Position numbers and translations under genes: made by a program. A DNA stretch of 63,646 bases, filler included, from Octopus bimaculoides (lineage: Eukaryota), in the NCBI RefSeq assembly GCF_001194135.2. It is 5 parts of 5 records of this genome, joined end to end, with 100 filler letters (N's around TTAATTAATTAA, not from the genome) between each part and the next. Parts side by side here need not be neighbours in the genome. Positions count along the whole stretch, not along the records: positions 1 to 27,453 come from NC_068989.1; positions 27,554 to 54,703 come from NC_068982.1; 3 more parts are not named here. One strand, 5' to 3'. Of the stretch, positions 26,035-37,125 are shown one piece after another. Below the pieces are notes generated by a model. It was given only the letters and a program-made list of their open reading frames with translations. It did not search any database and had not been told where the DNA came from. Position 1 is the first letter of the stretch, and every line of letters starts with the position of its first letter.

Positions 26035-26350
26035 GAAGGTAGAGGGTAAAGACACCCCCACCCTTCGGTCATAAATCAACATGGGATAGCAGCCTCCGAG
26101 GCACAAGTCGGGGCAAGGTTGTTTATAGAAGACCAGCAGTCGCCCATGCATACCAGCCTCTTCTCTCTACGCCACCGATGTTATCCAAAGGAAAGATAAA
26201 GGGGCCGATTCAGTTTGGCACCAATGACATCGCAACTCATTTCTAGAGCTGAGTGACTGGAGCAACGTGAAATAAAGTGTCTTGCTCAAGAACACAACAC
26301 ACAGACCAATCAGGAAATCGAACTCACTACCTCATGATTGTGAGCCCGAT
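26035..26350 (-). mobile_element. SINE family C with a distinct tail
   Basis: actcatttctagagctgagtgactggagcaacgtgaaataaagtgtcttgctcaagaacacaac core shared with 36821 and 58977. Confidence 0.8.
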
Positions 26351-26711
26351 GTAAACAAAGCAAGTAACACTAACATTTATTCTTTAAAAAATATGCAGTC
26401 AGATACATTTTGTACTATGACACGATCAATATTATTAACTATGTTCACAATCGAAGCAGCGTTTTCAATTGTCCTGGTCGAAAAGAGTAGTTTCTTATAT
26501 AACCACTAGGTTGTATAGGAATGTCTGCCTGCTATTCACGACGATGGCAAAGACAATTAAGGTGAGGTGTCACTCACCTGTCTGCCTGCTTATTTGTACT
26601 GTAATACATGAGAGAGAAAATAAACGGAATGCAATCAAAGACACTGGAAACCAGTATGACTTTTGGTTCGCTGTCGCCTTTTTGGTATTGTAATGGAAGC
26701 ACGGTGATAGA

Positions 26712-26854
26712 CACAGATAGACAGACAGACAGGCAGACAGGCAGACAGGCAGGCAGGCAGACAGGCAGGCAGACAGGCAGGCAGGCAGATAGACAGAAAG
26801 ATAGCTAGATAGATAGATAGCGAGACAGACAGACAGAAAGATAGACAGATAGAC

Positions 26855-26886
<32 letters not shown>

Positions 26887-26960
26887 GCACATACTCAGAT
26901 ACAGAAACAGACAGACTGACAAACAGACAGCCAGAAACAGAGACAGAGATAGGGCGAAAG
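26712..26960. repeat. Tetranucleotide microsatellite (ACAG/GCAG/ATAG)n
   Basis: Read directly. Confidence 0.9.
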
Positions 26961-27233
26961 AAGAGAGTGACAAGAGTGGGGGAAGCAGAGAACACAGAGA
27001 AATAAGTGTTCCCTACTTAGCCTGTAACATACCTATATCAGTTTGGTAGTTTTCTGTATCTTTTCTGTTTTTTTTTTTGTCTTTCTCCTAGCTACATCTT
27101 TGCCTGCATGTACATAAACCATGTGGCGAGCTTCTTGTAATTTCTGTAGCTTCACAACAGGCTTCCGCTATTACACAACATCGTACTGCTGCACCAGCAC
27201 AAATCTGCAAGTTCTATTAGGACTCGCTTTTAC

Positions 27234-27453
27234 CTGGAGAAGCAACCCCATGCCGTCAAGTAGCGCCTCCGTCGTGGGACGTTGGACTGACGGTCCGGTT
27301 GAGATGCTCGGGGTCTGGTTTGGTCCAGACCTCCAAACGGAGAAGAACTGGGACGAGATAACGAGAAGGGTGGCCACTCTAGCCCGGCAATGGGCCGAGA
27401 GGAAGCTTTCCCTGAAAGGTCGGGCGGAGGTGGCGAACACGTACATCGCGTCC
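27234..27453 (+). mobile_element. L1/Tx1-clade LINE ORF2 fragment, cut by the scaffold end
   Basis: Open frame WTDGPVEMLGVWFGPDLQTEKNWDEITRRVATLARQWAERKLSLKGRAEVANTYIAS fits the post-RT LGV...NW...W..R.LSLKGR motif of L1/Tx1 elements. Confidence 0.85.
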
Positions 27454-27553
27454 NNNNNNNNNNNNNNNNNNNNNNNNNNNNNNNNNNNNNNNNNNNNTTA
27501 ATTAATTAANNNNNNNNNNNNNNNNNNNNNNNNNNNNNNNNNNNNNNNNNNNN
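27454..27553. other. Artificial scaffold-join spacer N44-TTAATTAATTAA-N44
   Basis: Exactly 44 N + 12 nt + 44 N; the 12-mer has stops in all six frames; the same design occurs four times. Confidence 0.95.
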
Positions 27554-27783
27554 TGACATGAGTGTTTTTGTTTCACTTTTGACACGTAATACTTAAATAG
27601 TAGAGGAGATATTATGTTGCCGTGGGCTCGAACTCTGCAAGAAGTTAAAAATTTTTTTTGACTAAAACACAACTGGAACCCTAAGTAAGGCATCTGTAAA
27701 ATTTGAACGACATTGGTTGCGTAGTTCTCGAGTTTTAGGGATTCACACAGACAGACACACATTCTCATTTTTATATATATAGA
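27554..27783 (-). mobile_element. Non-autonomous Helitron-like element, 5' end
   Basis: Minus strand begins A|TCtatatatataaaaatgagaatgtgtgtctgtctgtgtg: TC start after A, followed by a GTCT/GT tract, typical of HINE-like Helitrons. Confidence 0.6.
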
Positions 27784-28069
27784 TTATATATATATATAAT
27801 AATATTAGGGACAAAATCCAAAATTACAGGTAAAAACTCAATTAAAATCAATTTATAAAAATTCAAAATTAAATTGAGCTTTATAGCTCAATTTTATAGC
27901 TTTATAGCTCAATAATTAAAAGCACATTTATTGTGCTTTTAATTATTAATTTTTCTATATGTGATAGTGGATTTTCATCGATGAGTTCTTGAAAGTTGGT
28001 TCTTTTCCCTAAAACTATATATATATATATATCCTTTGATTAATTTTATATATATATGTATATATGTGA

Positions 28070-28265
28070 GTGTGTGTTTGTCCTCCCAACGTTGCTTGAC
28101 AAATGCTGCTGGTGTGTTTACATCCCTGTAACTTAGCAGTTCAGCAAAGGCAAATGATGGAATAAGTGCTAGGTTTACAAAGAATAAGTCCTGGGGTCAA
28201 TTTGCTCGACTAAAGCCGGTGCTCCAGCATAGCTGCTGCAGTCAAATGAGTGAAACAATTAAGAA
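28070..28265 (+). mobile_element. SINE family D, 3' half
   Basis: ctggtgtgtttacatccctgtaacttagcagttc ... gactaaagccggtgctccagcat. Confidence 0.85.
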
Positions 28266-29308
28266 TATATATATATACACACACACACACATACAGTGGC
28301 AGACTGGGTCTAAAAATATTGGTTGCCAGGATGCTAAGGGGGCCCACCTGCAACTGCAATGCTATTATTTAATTTTTTCTTTTGTTAAAAGTATTCTTTT
28401 CAACTGTCTACAAATACAGCCATGCACCTAAATAATTAATGCATTCTTCCAGGAGTGAATAAAAAGTTCTCAAACTTGAAGGGATGGGCTCTTTAGTTAC
28501 TAACATGGGCCTCTGTATATGGATTCTAATGGCGCAGGGGCCCACTTGCCATCGAACAAGCTGGCAACCTGGCCAGTCTGCCACTGCACACAAACACACA
28601 TGCATATATATTTGTGTGCATGTGTTTTAAAGACCAGATTCCCATTGAGGTAAAGATAAGTCTGCCTCAAGCCTACAGGTACATGAAAATGGAGTGTATC
28701 TGATTTTTTTTCAGATGCATGGTACAATACTCTTCCCACCTGAAACATTGTTACTTTATCACTGGATTAAATCCCGCATGTTGCTGATACTCATTTTCAA
28801 GTGAGCTGACTGGAGCAACATAAAGTAAACCATCTTGCTCAAAGAAACAACACACCACCTGCTTCAAGAATTGAATCCCCAATCTCAAGATTGTGAACAC
28901 AACATCCCAAACCACTACATTATGAGCCTTCTCTAATGTCTCAAGGTCCATTTAGTCTGGAGCTTATTTTGGTTTCTGTGGTAGTAAACATCTGTTAAAT
29001 ACAAGACTCACCCTTGGATTACTCTACAGAATAAAAGTAGACTGGAACGATATAAAATTAAGTGCTTTGCTTGAGGAATCAAACCCTCTATTTTATGTGC
29101 ACTCAGCAGGCCAACCACTTACCCATCTACTATTTATCTTCAAATAACAATGAAATATTTTTACATAAAAAAAGTACAACAGGTGTAAATCCTCCACCCA
29201 TTATCAATTCTTAGCTTATAAAATTGTTTGTAGATTCTGAATCTGATGTTCAAACATCTGAAGATCCAAAAGCCTCTCCGTTTTTTAGAAGCATAATAAT
29301 AATAATAA

Positions 29309-30019
29309 TCCTTTCTATGATAGGTACAGGGCCTGAAATTTGTGGGTAGGGGGTAAGTCAATCATATCGACCCCAGTTCTTGACTGGTACTTAATTTATT
29401 GACACCGAAAGGATGAAAGGCAAAGTCGACCTCAGTGGAATTTGTACTCAGAACGTAAAGACGGATGAAATGCCACTAAGCATTTTGCTTGGCATGCTAA
29501 GAATTCTGCCAGCTCCCTGCCTTAATAATAATAATAATCTTTTCTACTATAGGCACAAGGCCTGAAATTTTTCGGGAGTGGGTAAGTCGATGACATCGAC
29601 CCCAGTACTTGACTAATACTTAATTTATTGATCCCGAAAGGATGAAAGGCAAAGTCGACCTCGGCGGAATTTGAACTCAGAACATAATAGCAGGCGAAAT
29701 ACCGGTAAGCATTTCATCCAGTGTGCTAACTTTTCTGCCAGTTTGACTTATAATGATAATAATAATAATAATTTCTACTCTATGCATATGACCTGATATT
29801 TTGGGAAAAGGGGCTACTCAGTGTAATCAAGCTTTGTGCTTAAATGTTACTAATCTTATCGACCCCAATGAACAACTGGTACTTATTTTATTGTCCCCAA
29901 AAGGATGGAAAGCAAAGTCGACATGGGCGGAATTTGAACTCAGAATGTTTTAAAGACAGATGAAATACTGCTAAGCCTTTTGCCCGGCTTGCTAACAATT
30001 CTGTCAGTTAGCCACCTTA
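29309..30019 (-). mobile_element. Three head-to-tail SINE family A copies separated by (AAT)n
   Basis: Copies at about 29309-29523, 29538-29750 and 29772-30019, each with ggatg(a/g)aa(g/a)gcaaagtcgac. Confidence 0.88.
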
Positions 30020-30032
30020 GGCATAAGAATAA

Positions 30033-30720
30033 TTGGTACTTTTTGGTTATCTCACCATTAAAAAATTGGGTTATCTCCCCCATTTTATGAAAAATATTGG
30101 CACTTTTGGTTATCTCCCCCAACTAAAAAAAAATAGTTTAACCCTCAATAAAACAAAGGAAAAAATTAATAAACATGAAAACAGAATAAAATAAAAAGGA
30201 AAACTGAAAAGATTAAACATCTTATTGAATCTAATAACATTTTTATAACAAATCATACTATGCCTATTGAGGAGGCCAAATTGTCAACAATGTGTTGAAG
30301 TATTGAATCAAAAGGATCTAAACCATAGTTTCTCAAAGTGGGCACTACCGCCCTCCGGTGGGAGTTGAGACAGTCCTGGTGGGCGCTGGTGCCTAAGGAG
30401 GCGGTAGAGAAAAAGGATGCGTTGGGAGGAAGGCAATGGATTGGGGGACGCTATGAATTTATTATAATATTGTATACAAATTATATAATATTATATTAAA
30501 TATCAAATGATTCATAGTACATAAAAATTAGTAAAATATAAGATATTTATTTATACATAAAAATAGGGGTGGGGCGCTGAGGGTACTATGTAGCCATAAG
30601 GTTTGAGAACCTTTGATCTAAACCCTTTTAATCCAATCTCTTGTCGCCACATAAACTCAACGTTTTAGTGAAGAGATAACCCAATTTTTTAATGACGGTG
30701 AGATAACCAAAAAGTACCAA
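30033..30720. mobile_element. Non-autonomous TIR element with subterminal GGTTATCTC motifs
   Basis: Arm 30033-30077 (ttggtactttttggttatctcaccattaaaaaattgggttatctc) is the reverse complement of 30673-30720 apart from a 3-nt indel. Confidence 0.8.
30324..30615. mobile_element. hAT (Charlie-type) MITE nested in the 30033-30720 element
   Basis: Exact 8-bp TSD atctaaac (30316-30323 / 30616-30623), close to the NTCTAGAN Charlie preference; TIRs catagtttctcaaa / tttgagaacctttg. Confidence 0.85.
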
Positions 30721-32105
30721 ATAATTAAAATAACTTCAGATTTTGACACAATGTCAGCAATTTAGGGGAGGGGCAAGTCGATTACATCGAAACTTCAGTA
30801 CTTGACTGGTACTTATTTTATAATAATAATAATGATGATGGTTTCAAATTATGACGCAAGGCCAGCAGTTTCGCGTGACGAGGTTAGTCGGTTATATCGA
30901 CCCCGAAAAAAAGAAAGGCAAAGTCGACCTCAGCGGAATTTGAACGCCTTTCCTAAAACTAGTACCATCTTAGTTTTCAGCACGTTACATTATATATGAA
31001 GGGCGGTGGCTTGGCCGAAAATGCCTGGCGGTATTTGTTCCGCCTCTTATTTTTCTTTTCCTAAGTTCTAATTCCGCAGTTGTCAACTCTGCCTTTCATA
31101 TTTTCGGGGTCGAGAAAATGCAGTACCAGTTTGGCACTAAAATCGTTGGTATCAACCTATCCTCTCCCCAACCAACAAATTGTTTGCTTCGTGCCTATCT
31201 TTATAAAATGGGCATCAAAAGCTATATAAATAACGTAGTTGAAAAGTAAATAGGAGGAACTATTTTTACAAGACCATTGCAAGTTGACTTTTTATTCAGC
31301 TGATCATATTTGTATTAGTTCCAAAGAAGGAAATGTACTGGAATTTGAGAAAACTTGTAATGACTTTGCACCATCTACAACATTTAATAAAGTTCGTATA
31401 ATTAAATAAATTCTTAAACTCTGAGGAGATGTGAGCCCTGAGAGCCCTTAGGTGATGTAAAACCTGACGGACTTGCTTAGAAAAGTTTGCTTTCACGGAA
31501 TGAACTCAATAAATTTTCTTATTAAAACGATTACCCATTTTTCTTTTCGTTTCACAATAAATATTTGTTTTATAAATATCATATATAGTTTATCTTATAA
31601 GAATAAATAAATAAATAAAAATAAACGAGTGATTTAGTTGATTAAGTTAGCGTCAGTGTACAAAGATTGTCTGAAAAGACTTCGATCATGTTCATTCCGG
31701 ATTTTAGATATTACCCATAATTCGCGCTCAAATATTTAAACAAAACAAAATTGCGGGCATTGTTACTTTTTCGCTGTCACCGTCTACGTAAGTTTCCTCA
31801 GTTACTCTTAACACTTTTTTCGTTAGAAACTTGATGTACGTTAAAATACTAATAATTGACTTTTTAAAGGGAGCATATACTTTTTTTAAAATATAAATTA
31901 ATTATTGCTTTTCAGATTTTATTAATTTCCCAACAAAAATTAACACTTTGACGTCGCAGTACGTGTCAATTCTCTTAACTCTAGATGATTAAGACTTTTT
32001 GTATTCTTCTTAATTTTTGTATACGATATATTTACACAATTTTTACGATCAATGAATATAGGAAACCAATTATAATTATATAAATCGTTTATATATATAT
32101 ATATA

Positions 32106-32164
<59 letters not shown>

Positions 32165-32700
32165 CACAATCTTTGATACGTTCAGTTACATAAACTCAAT
32201 ATATAACATTTACACAGTAATGAATTGATGTATTTACTTTCGCTGTAATAGTGTTAATAATCAACCAAATTTTCTTTTACGTTTTCGATTACTAAGTCAA
32301 CTTAGTACAATTTATTAAATTTCACAGTTGAGGCGTTGTCATATCGTCCATTATGAAATGTTTTGAATGAATTTTCACTCGGAGAAACCAATAACTAAAG
32401 TCTGTCCGTAGGTGGGCAGCAGAAAATTTGTAATTCCGGAGATTTAAAAGATTACCTCGTGTTCGTCTTCTGTGTTTGGCTCCAGGTTAATTCTGGTTAA
32501 GCAGACCTCTAATGATCAGTTGGTCTCCAGGCGTGACCATCCTATCTGTTCGATCCAATGTATCTTTTACTTGTTCTGTGGATGATATGTGACTCGCAGG
32601 ACGTATTTTCTTGGCATCCATGCATCGATCATTTACATGTTTTTTTTTTGTTCTTTTTTGTCAACCATCATGGTAACTTGAGACTTGTGAAAGGAAACTT

Positions 32701-32742
32701 TTATGTTATTATAACGAATGAAAGAAGGATTAAATTATAAGT
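32701..32742 (-). CDS. Candidate terminal coding exon (TYNLILLSFVIIT*)
   Basis: Minus-strand acceptor tttcattcttgttttcag|ACT, phase 0, compatible with the donor at 34538. The hydrophobic tail could be chance in AT-rich DNA. Confidence 0.25.
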   Translation of the reverse strand, partial: TYNLILLSFVIIT

Positions 32743-34493
32743 CTGAAAACAAGAATGAAATTTGGCCCGATCAACTTCAGAAAGAATTCCGATTTGACTG
32801 TTATTTCTACCATCGAATCATCATGTCAAAAGTCTAGGACGGAATTTTGGAATAACTGTCCTTTGAAGTCCCATACCTCATGGGAAAGGAAAGGTTCCTC
32901 ACCCCTAAATGTTCTTGTATAGATACCACGGAAATTACGAATCAGAAAATAATTTTTTACCGAAAATTTCATGTTTTCTTTTACATTGTACCCCTCCCGC
33001 TTTTGTACCTTTTCTTTCCCCCTGAGGGTATGGGGCTTCGGCGAAGGTAAAGAACACGTGCACCACTATCCATCGAATCAACGTGGGACCGTGTGTAGTC
33101 GTCTCAATGTTCTAGAAGTAGCAGCCAAATCTCCTTCGACTCGCACCTTCCTGTTTAAAAAAACAAACAAAAGATGGAAGGACACAATAATTAATAATCG
33201 GACAAAAATTCGCACCCACAATTTCTCAAATGCTTAAAACTTAATGGTGCCCTAGGTAATTTCCAACTTTATTTTATAGGAATACCTATAAATATAAAAG
33301 CACTGTTTCGTTTGAAAAGCGTTTTGACCATCTTATCTGGTCGTTTAGAGCCGACTTGGAATTAAAGAACTGTTCATCAAACTTAAAAGGATTTTATGCC
33401 AGCAATCTTTCATTTTCGACAACAATAAAATGAAAGTGAACTATTTTGTTGAAAACATGTTGAAACCAGTGTCATGGGAGGGTCACACTCACTGTAGAAT
33501 CATTAGAGTTTCGGAAAAATTGACATATGGTATTGCGCTCTTTTGGTTGTTCCGAGTTCAAATCCCGCTGAAGTTAACGTTGCCTTTCATTCCTCCAGGA
33601 TCATTAAAATAAAAGGCAAGACTTCCGCCCGCCCCCATTTCCTTCATTTTAATTTTTTTTCAGATTAACACCCGCACGATTTTCACTAGGGTNNNNNNNN
33701 NNNNNNNNNNNNNNNNNNNNNNNNNNNNNNNNNNNNNNNNNNNNNNNNNNNNNNNNNNNNNNNNNNNNNNNNNNNNNNNNNNNNNNNNNNNNNNNNNNNN
33801 NNNNNNNNNNNNNNNNNNNNNNNNNNNNNNNNNNNNNNNNNNNNNNNNNNNNNNNNNNNNNNNNNNNNNNNNNNNNNNNNNNNNNNNNNNNNNNNNNNNN
33901 NNNNNNNNNNNNNNNNNNNNNNNNNNNNNNNNNNNNNNNNNNNNNNNNNNNNNNNNNNNNNNNNNNNNNNNNNNNNNNNNNNNNNNNNNNNNNNNNNNNN
34001 NNNNNNNNNNNNNNNNNNNNNNNNNNNNNNNNNNNNNNNNNNNNNNNNNNNNNNNNNNNNNNNNNNNNNNNNNNNNNNNNNNNNNNNNNNNNNNNNNNNN
34101 NNNNNNTTTCACAATCCCGATTTTTAGCAATTTTCCGGAATCTGCGTATCCGAAAACGGGGATTTTTAGCAAAAAAAAAAAAGAAACAAATTTGGGAGAA
34201 AATGGGAGCGGGGTGTGGACAGAAGTCTTTCCAAATAAAGTACTAGCCAAGCACTGCAGTCAATTGTATTGACTGACTCCTTATTTTCAAAATTGTTGGT
34301 TTTGTCCTTAATTTGAATACAATTATTAGTCAACGAGTTAACCTATTAATTAATCAATTGCTTGGATCGAGCTGATTTGGAGACAACGCAGACTTTGGAC
34401 ATTGATGAGGTCGTTCATGGATAGTACCGAAAAGATTCTGACAGAGCAACTGATTGATTGAACGATAGAACGATTAATCAATCGATTAGCTAA

Positions 34494-34909
34494 CTAATGG
34501 TGAAGAAGTGGAATAGAACCTGTCTGTGCGTTTCTTACTGGCAAAATGACCCCTTCAAGACCTGAAAGCGATTCCAATATCTCTGTCGATGCCACCCTGA
34601 ACGACTTTTGTGTAATACTTTTATTAAGCTTGACTATATAGTAGCTTTTTCTAAATGTCTGGCGATTCACTAAATGCATTGGCTCATCACAGCGCACTGC
34701 TGAAATATTAATTAATCCTAACGATGCATGAAACTTAACGGTATCTATCACAATATCCCCTAGGAAGTAATTCCTGTTAATTAGATCATCAGTGTTAATT
34801 ATAATTATGTCCTCTCCTATGATTCTCATAGGTGTTTCTTGCCTGAAAAGTTCCGCTTTCGAGACTTGCAGTTTCAGAAAGAGAGAAAGACAAGAAAAAT
34901 TAGTTTCAT
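34494..34909 (-). CDS. Candidate uncharacterised protein exon (111-aa ORF 34829-34494), possibly secreted, with a frameshifted signal peptide upstream
   Basis: Non-repetitive, protein-like composition. The frame stays open upstream (LKLQVSKAELFRQETP-M). Acceptor ttttcag|G at 34842, donor CCA|gtaaga at 34538, sequons NIS and NKS. No family recognised. Confidence 0.5.
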
Positions 34910-35650
34910 TTTATTTCTGAGTTTCGGCCACCGACAAATGACAATTTTGTTCTTTCACTTTCTGGATAATTAAAATGAATGATTACCTCGACGAAGGTTC
35001 TTCTACTTTGTTACTGAACCTGCAAAATATAACTAGCTAAATTTCTTTCTCCATACTCTACCATCTCAGATAATGTTACGCTGGAGATGTACCTGGTGTT
35101 GCCTGCACATATCAAAAAGACGGGATGTTTACGCTGCCCTAAAATACTGATCAAGAGCTGACCGGAGATTAAATGACAACCAAATTACTCGTCAGTTTCC
35201 GATGCTCACAAGTTCTCTTAATTATTGTTTAACCTCAGGTTATCCCTGGTTAAGTATTTATATGTTCAAAAGACAGTCCAGCAATAACAATGCCATATTT
35301 TTTGTAGGCATAACTACAGAAGAGTGCCTCATCTCAAGTTTGTCTCCCCCTCTCGTTTTCTTAAAATTGCATATTTTTTAAATAAAATTTTCCTGAGATG
35401 CAGTTTAGTGCAGGGGTCAGTGAACTTCTCATATCATTGACCCCCGTCATGGAATTGCGTGTGTTAGTGCCCTTGTCTTGATATCGTTTGATGGCTGTAA
35501 ATAAGTGTCACTGTCACACAAGCAGTGTCATTCATTTCCAATATTCTGCGAAAATATATCTGGCAGTGGGGAAATATTACCTTGTTCCTGTCGTCGTATT
35601 AAAGCCATAGAACATATGCTTTAATAAACTTTGTCTGACATATGCAAGCA

Positions 35651-35860
35651 CTAGCTGACGTACCCGGTAATTCTTGGGAAAGCGGAGCTTATCCCTTTGT
35701 TCCCTGTTCTCATAATTGTTTCACTTATCCAATAACAACAATACAAATTATGTAGCCCTTAAGACGGTTTTTGTGCATATACAGAGAATACCGAACTGTC
35801 TTACACGGGATCTTATTTTTAGGAAATCCCAATAAGTTATGAATACCTAAATTGTGAAGT
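35651..35860 (-). mobile_element. Helitron-like 3' end; a second one at about 53106-53400
   Basis: Minus strand ends ...ccgggtacgtcagCTAG|T here and ...gccaggtatctctgCTAG|T at 53105, the CTAG-before-T terminus of Helitrons. Left boundaries are seen; right boundaries are approximate. Confidence 0.55.
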
Positions 35861-35884
35861 CAGTTATGTAATAACATGAAATTA

Positions 35885-36190
35885 GTGAAAGACAACATTT
35901 GAGCGAGGTCGTTGCCAGTGCCACTGGACTGGCTCCTGTGTAGGTGACACGTAAAATCACTATTTGAGCATGGCTGCTGCCAGTACCGCCTTACTGGCCC
36001 CCATGCCGGTGGTATGTAAAAAGCACCCGCTACACTCTCAGAGTGGTTGGTATTAGGAAGGGCATCCAGCTGTAGAAACTCTGCCAGATCAGATTGGAGC
36101 TTTGTGCAGCCATCTGGCTTACCAGTCCTCAGTCAAGCCGTCAACCCATGCCAGCATGAAAGGTGGACGTTAAACAATGATGATGATGAT
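35885..36190 (+). mobile_element. Retroposed repeat family E with a (GAT)n tail; decayed copies near 39560, 39740, 43480, 46040 and 51380
   Basis: ttaggaagggcatccagctgtagaaact ... aacccatgccagcatg ... gttaaacaatgatgatgat recurs in both orientations. Confidence 0.8.
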
Positions 36191-36820
36191 ATTTACCACA
36201 TGAACTATGATGAAAAAAATATGAGAAAGTTATGGTATATAATTTTTTTTGTTCAGGGGTTCTTTGAGACAGGATTTGTTTTAAGGGTTACGCAAAAGTA
36301 AAAAAGGTTGAGAAACAATGCTTTAAAGTGTAGAGTTGAACTTTCTGTAGCCACCTGTTGGCAACTTTTCTCCTCCATCCATTTTGCTGGGGGTATTACC
36401 TATTTTTTGGGGCTCTTTTCACAGCTATACCCCATTCGAAATTTGCATTAGTTTTTGTATGAAAAAAAAAATGGGAGGTGGGGTTTGTTTGTAGATTGTA
36501 TAGAAAGCGTTAAACATGCCTGAAAAAAAAAAAAAGACACGTTTTTTTTCTTTCTCCCAACTAAGACATAAAGAACTATGAAAGAAGGTGAATATGTACC
36601 GGGGGTGGGGAACTTGATCGTTCTAGAACTCCTAGAATAAAAATGTAAACACCTGAAAGACTTTCCCTCTATTCATTACTAAATGTCTTTCCCTCTTCAT
36701 TGTTAAAAGTAATGAAGCTAGAAAAGATTGATCGTATTTCAATCTAATTGTAATTGTAAATGACTGATGCTTTCCTTTCTCTATCTATCGCTTCACTTCT
36801 TTTCTCTACAGTTCAGAGAG

Positions 36821-37125
36821 TGAAGGTGCGTGGCTCAGTGGTTAGGGGTATTCGGCCCACAATTATAAAGTTACAAGTACAATTCCTGGCGACGCGGTGT
36901 TCTTGAGCAAGGTACTCTACTTCACCTTGCTGCAGTTCACTCAGCTGGCAAAAATGAGTTGTAGCTGTAATTCAAAGGGGCCATTCTGTATGAGGCTGAA
37001 TCTCCCTTAGAACTATGTTATGGTATGCATGTCTGTGGAGTATTCAGCCACTTGCGCATTAATTTTATGAGCAGACTGTTTCATTCATAGATAAACAGGA
37101 ACCTTGTCATAAGTGACAAAGTGCT
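36821..37125 (+). mobile_element. tRNA-derived SINE family C; a partial copy at 37440-37590
   Basis: Head gaaggtgcgtggctcagtggttagg; tail gctgtaattcaaagggg...tctgtggagtattcagccacttgc, homologous to the family B tail at 24265-24450. Confidence 0.85.
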
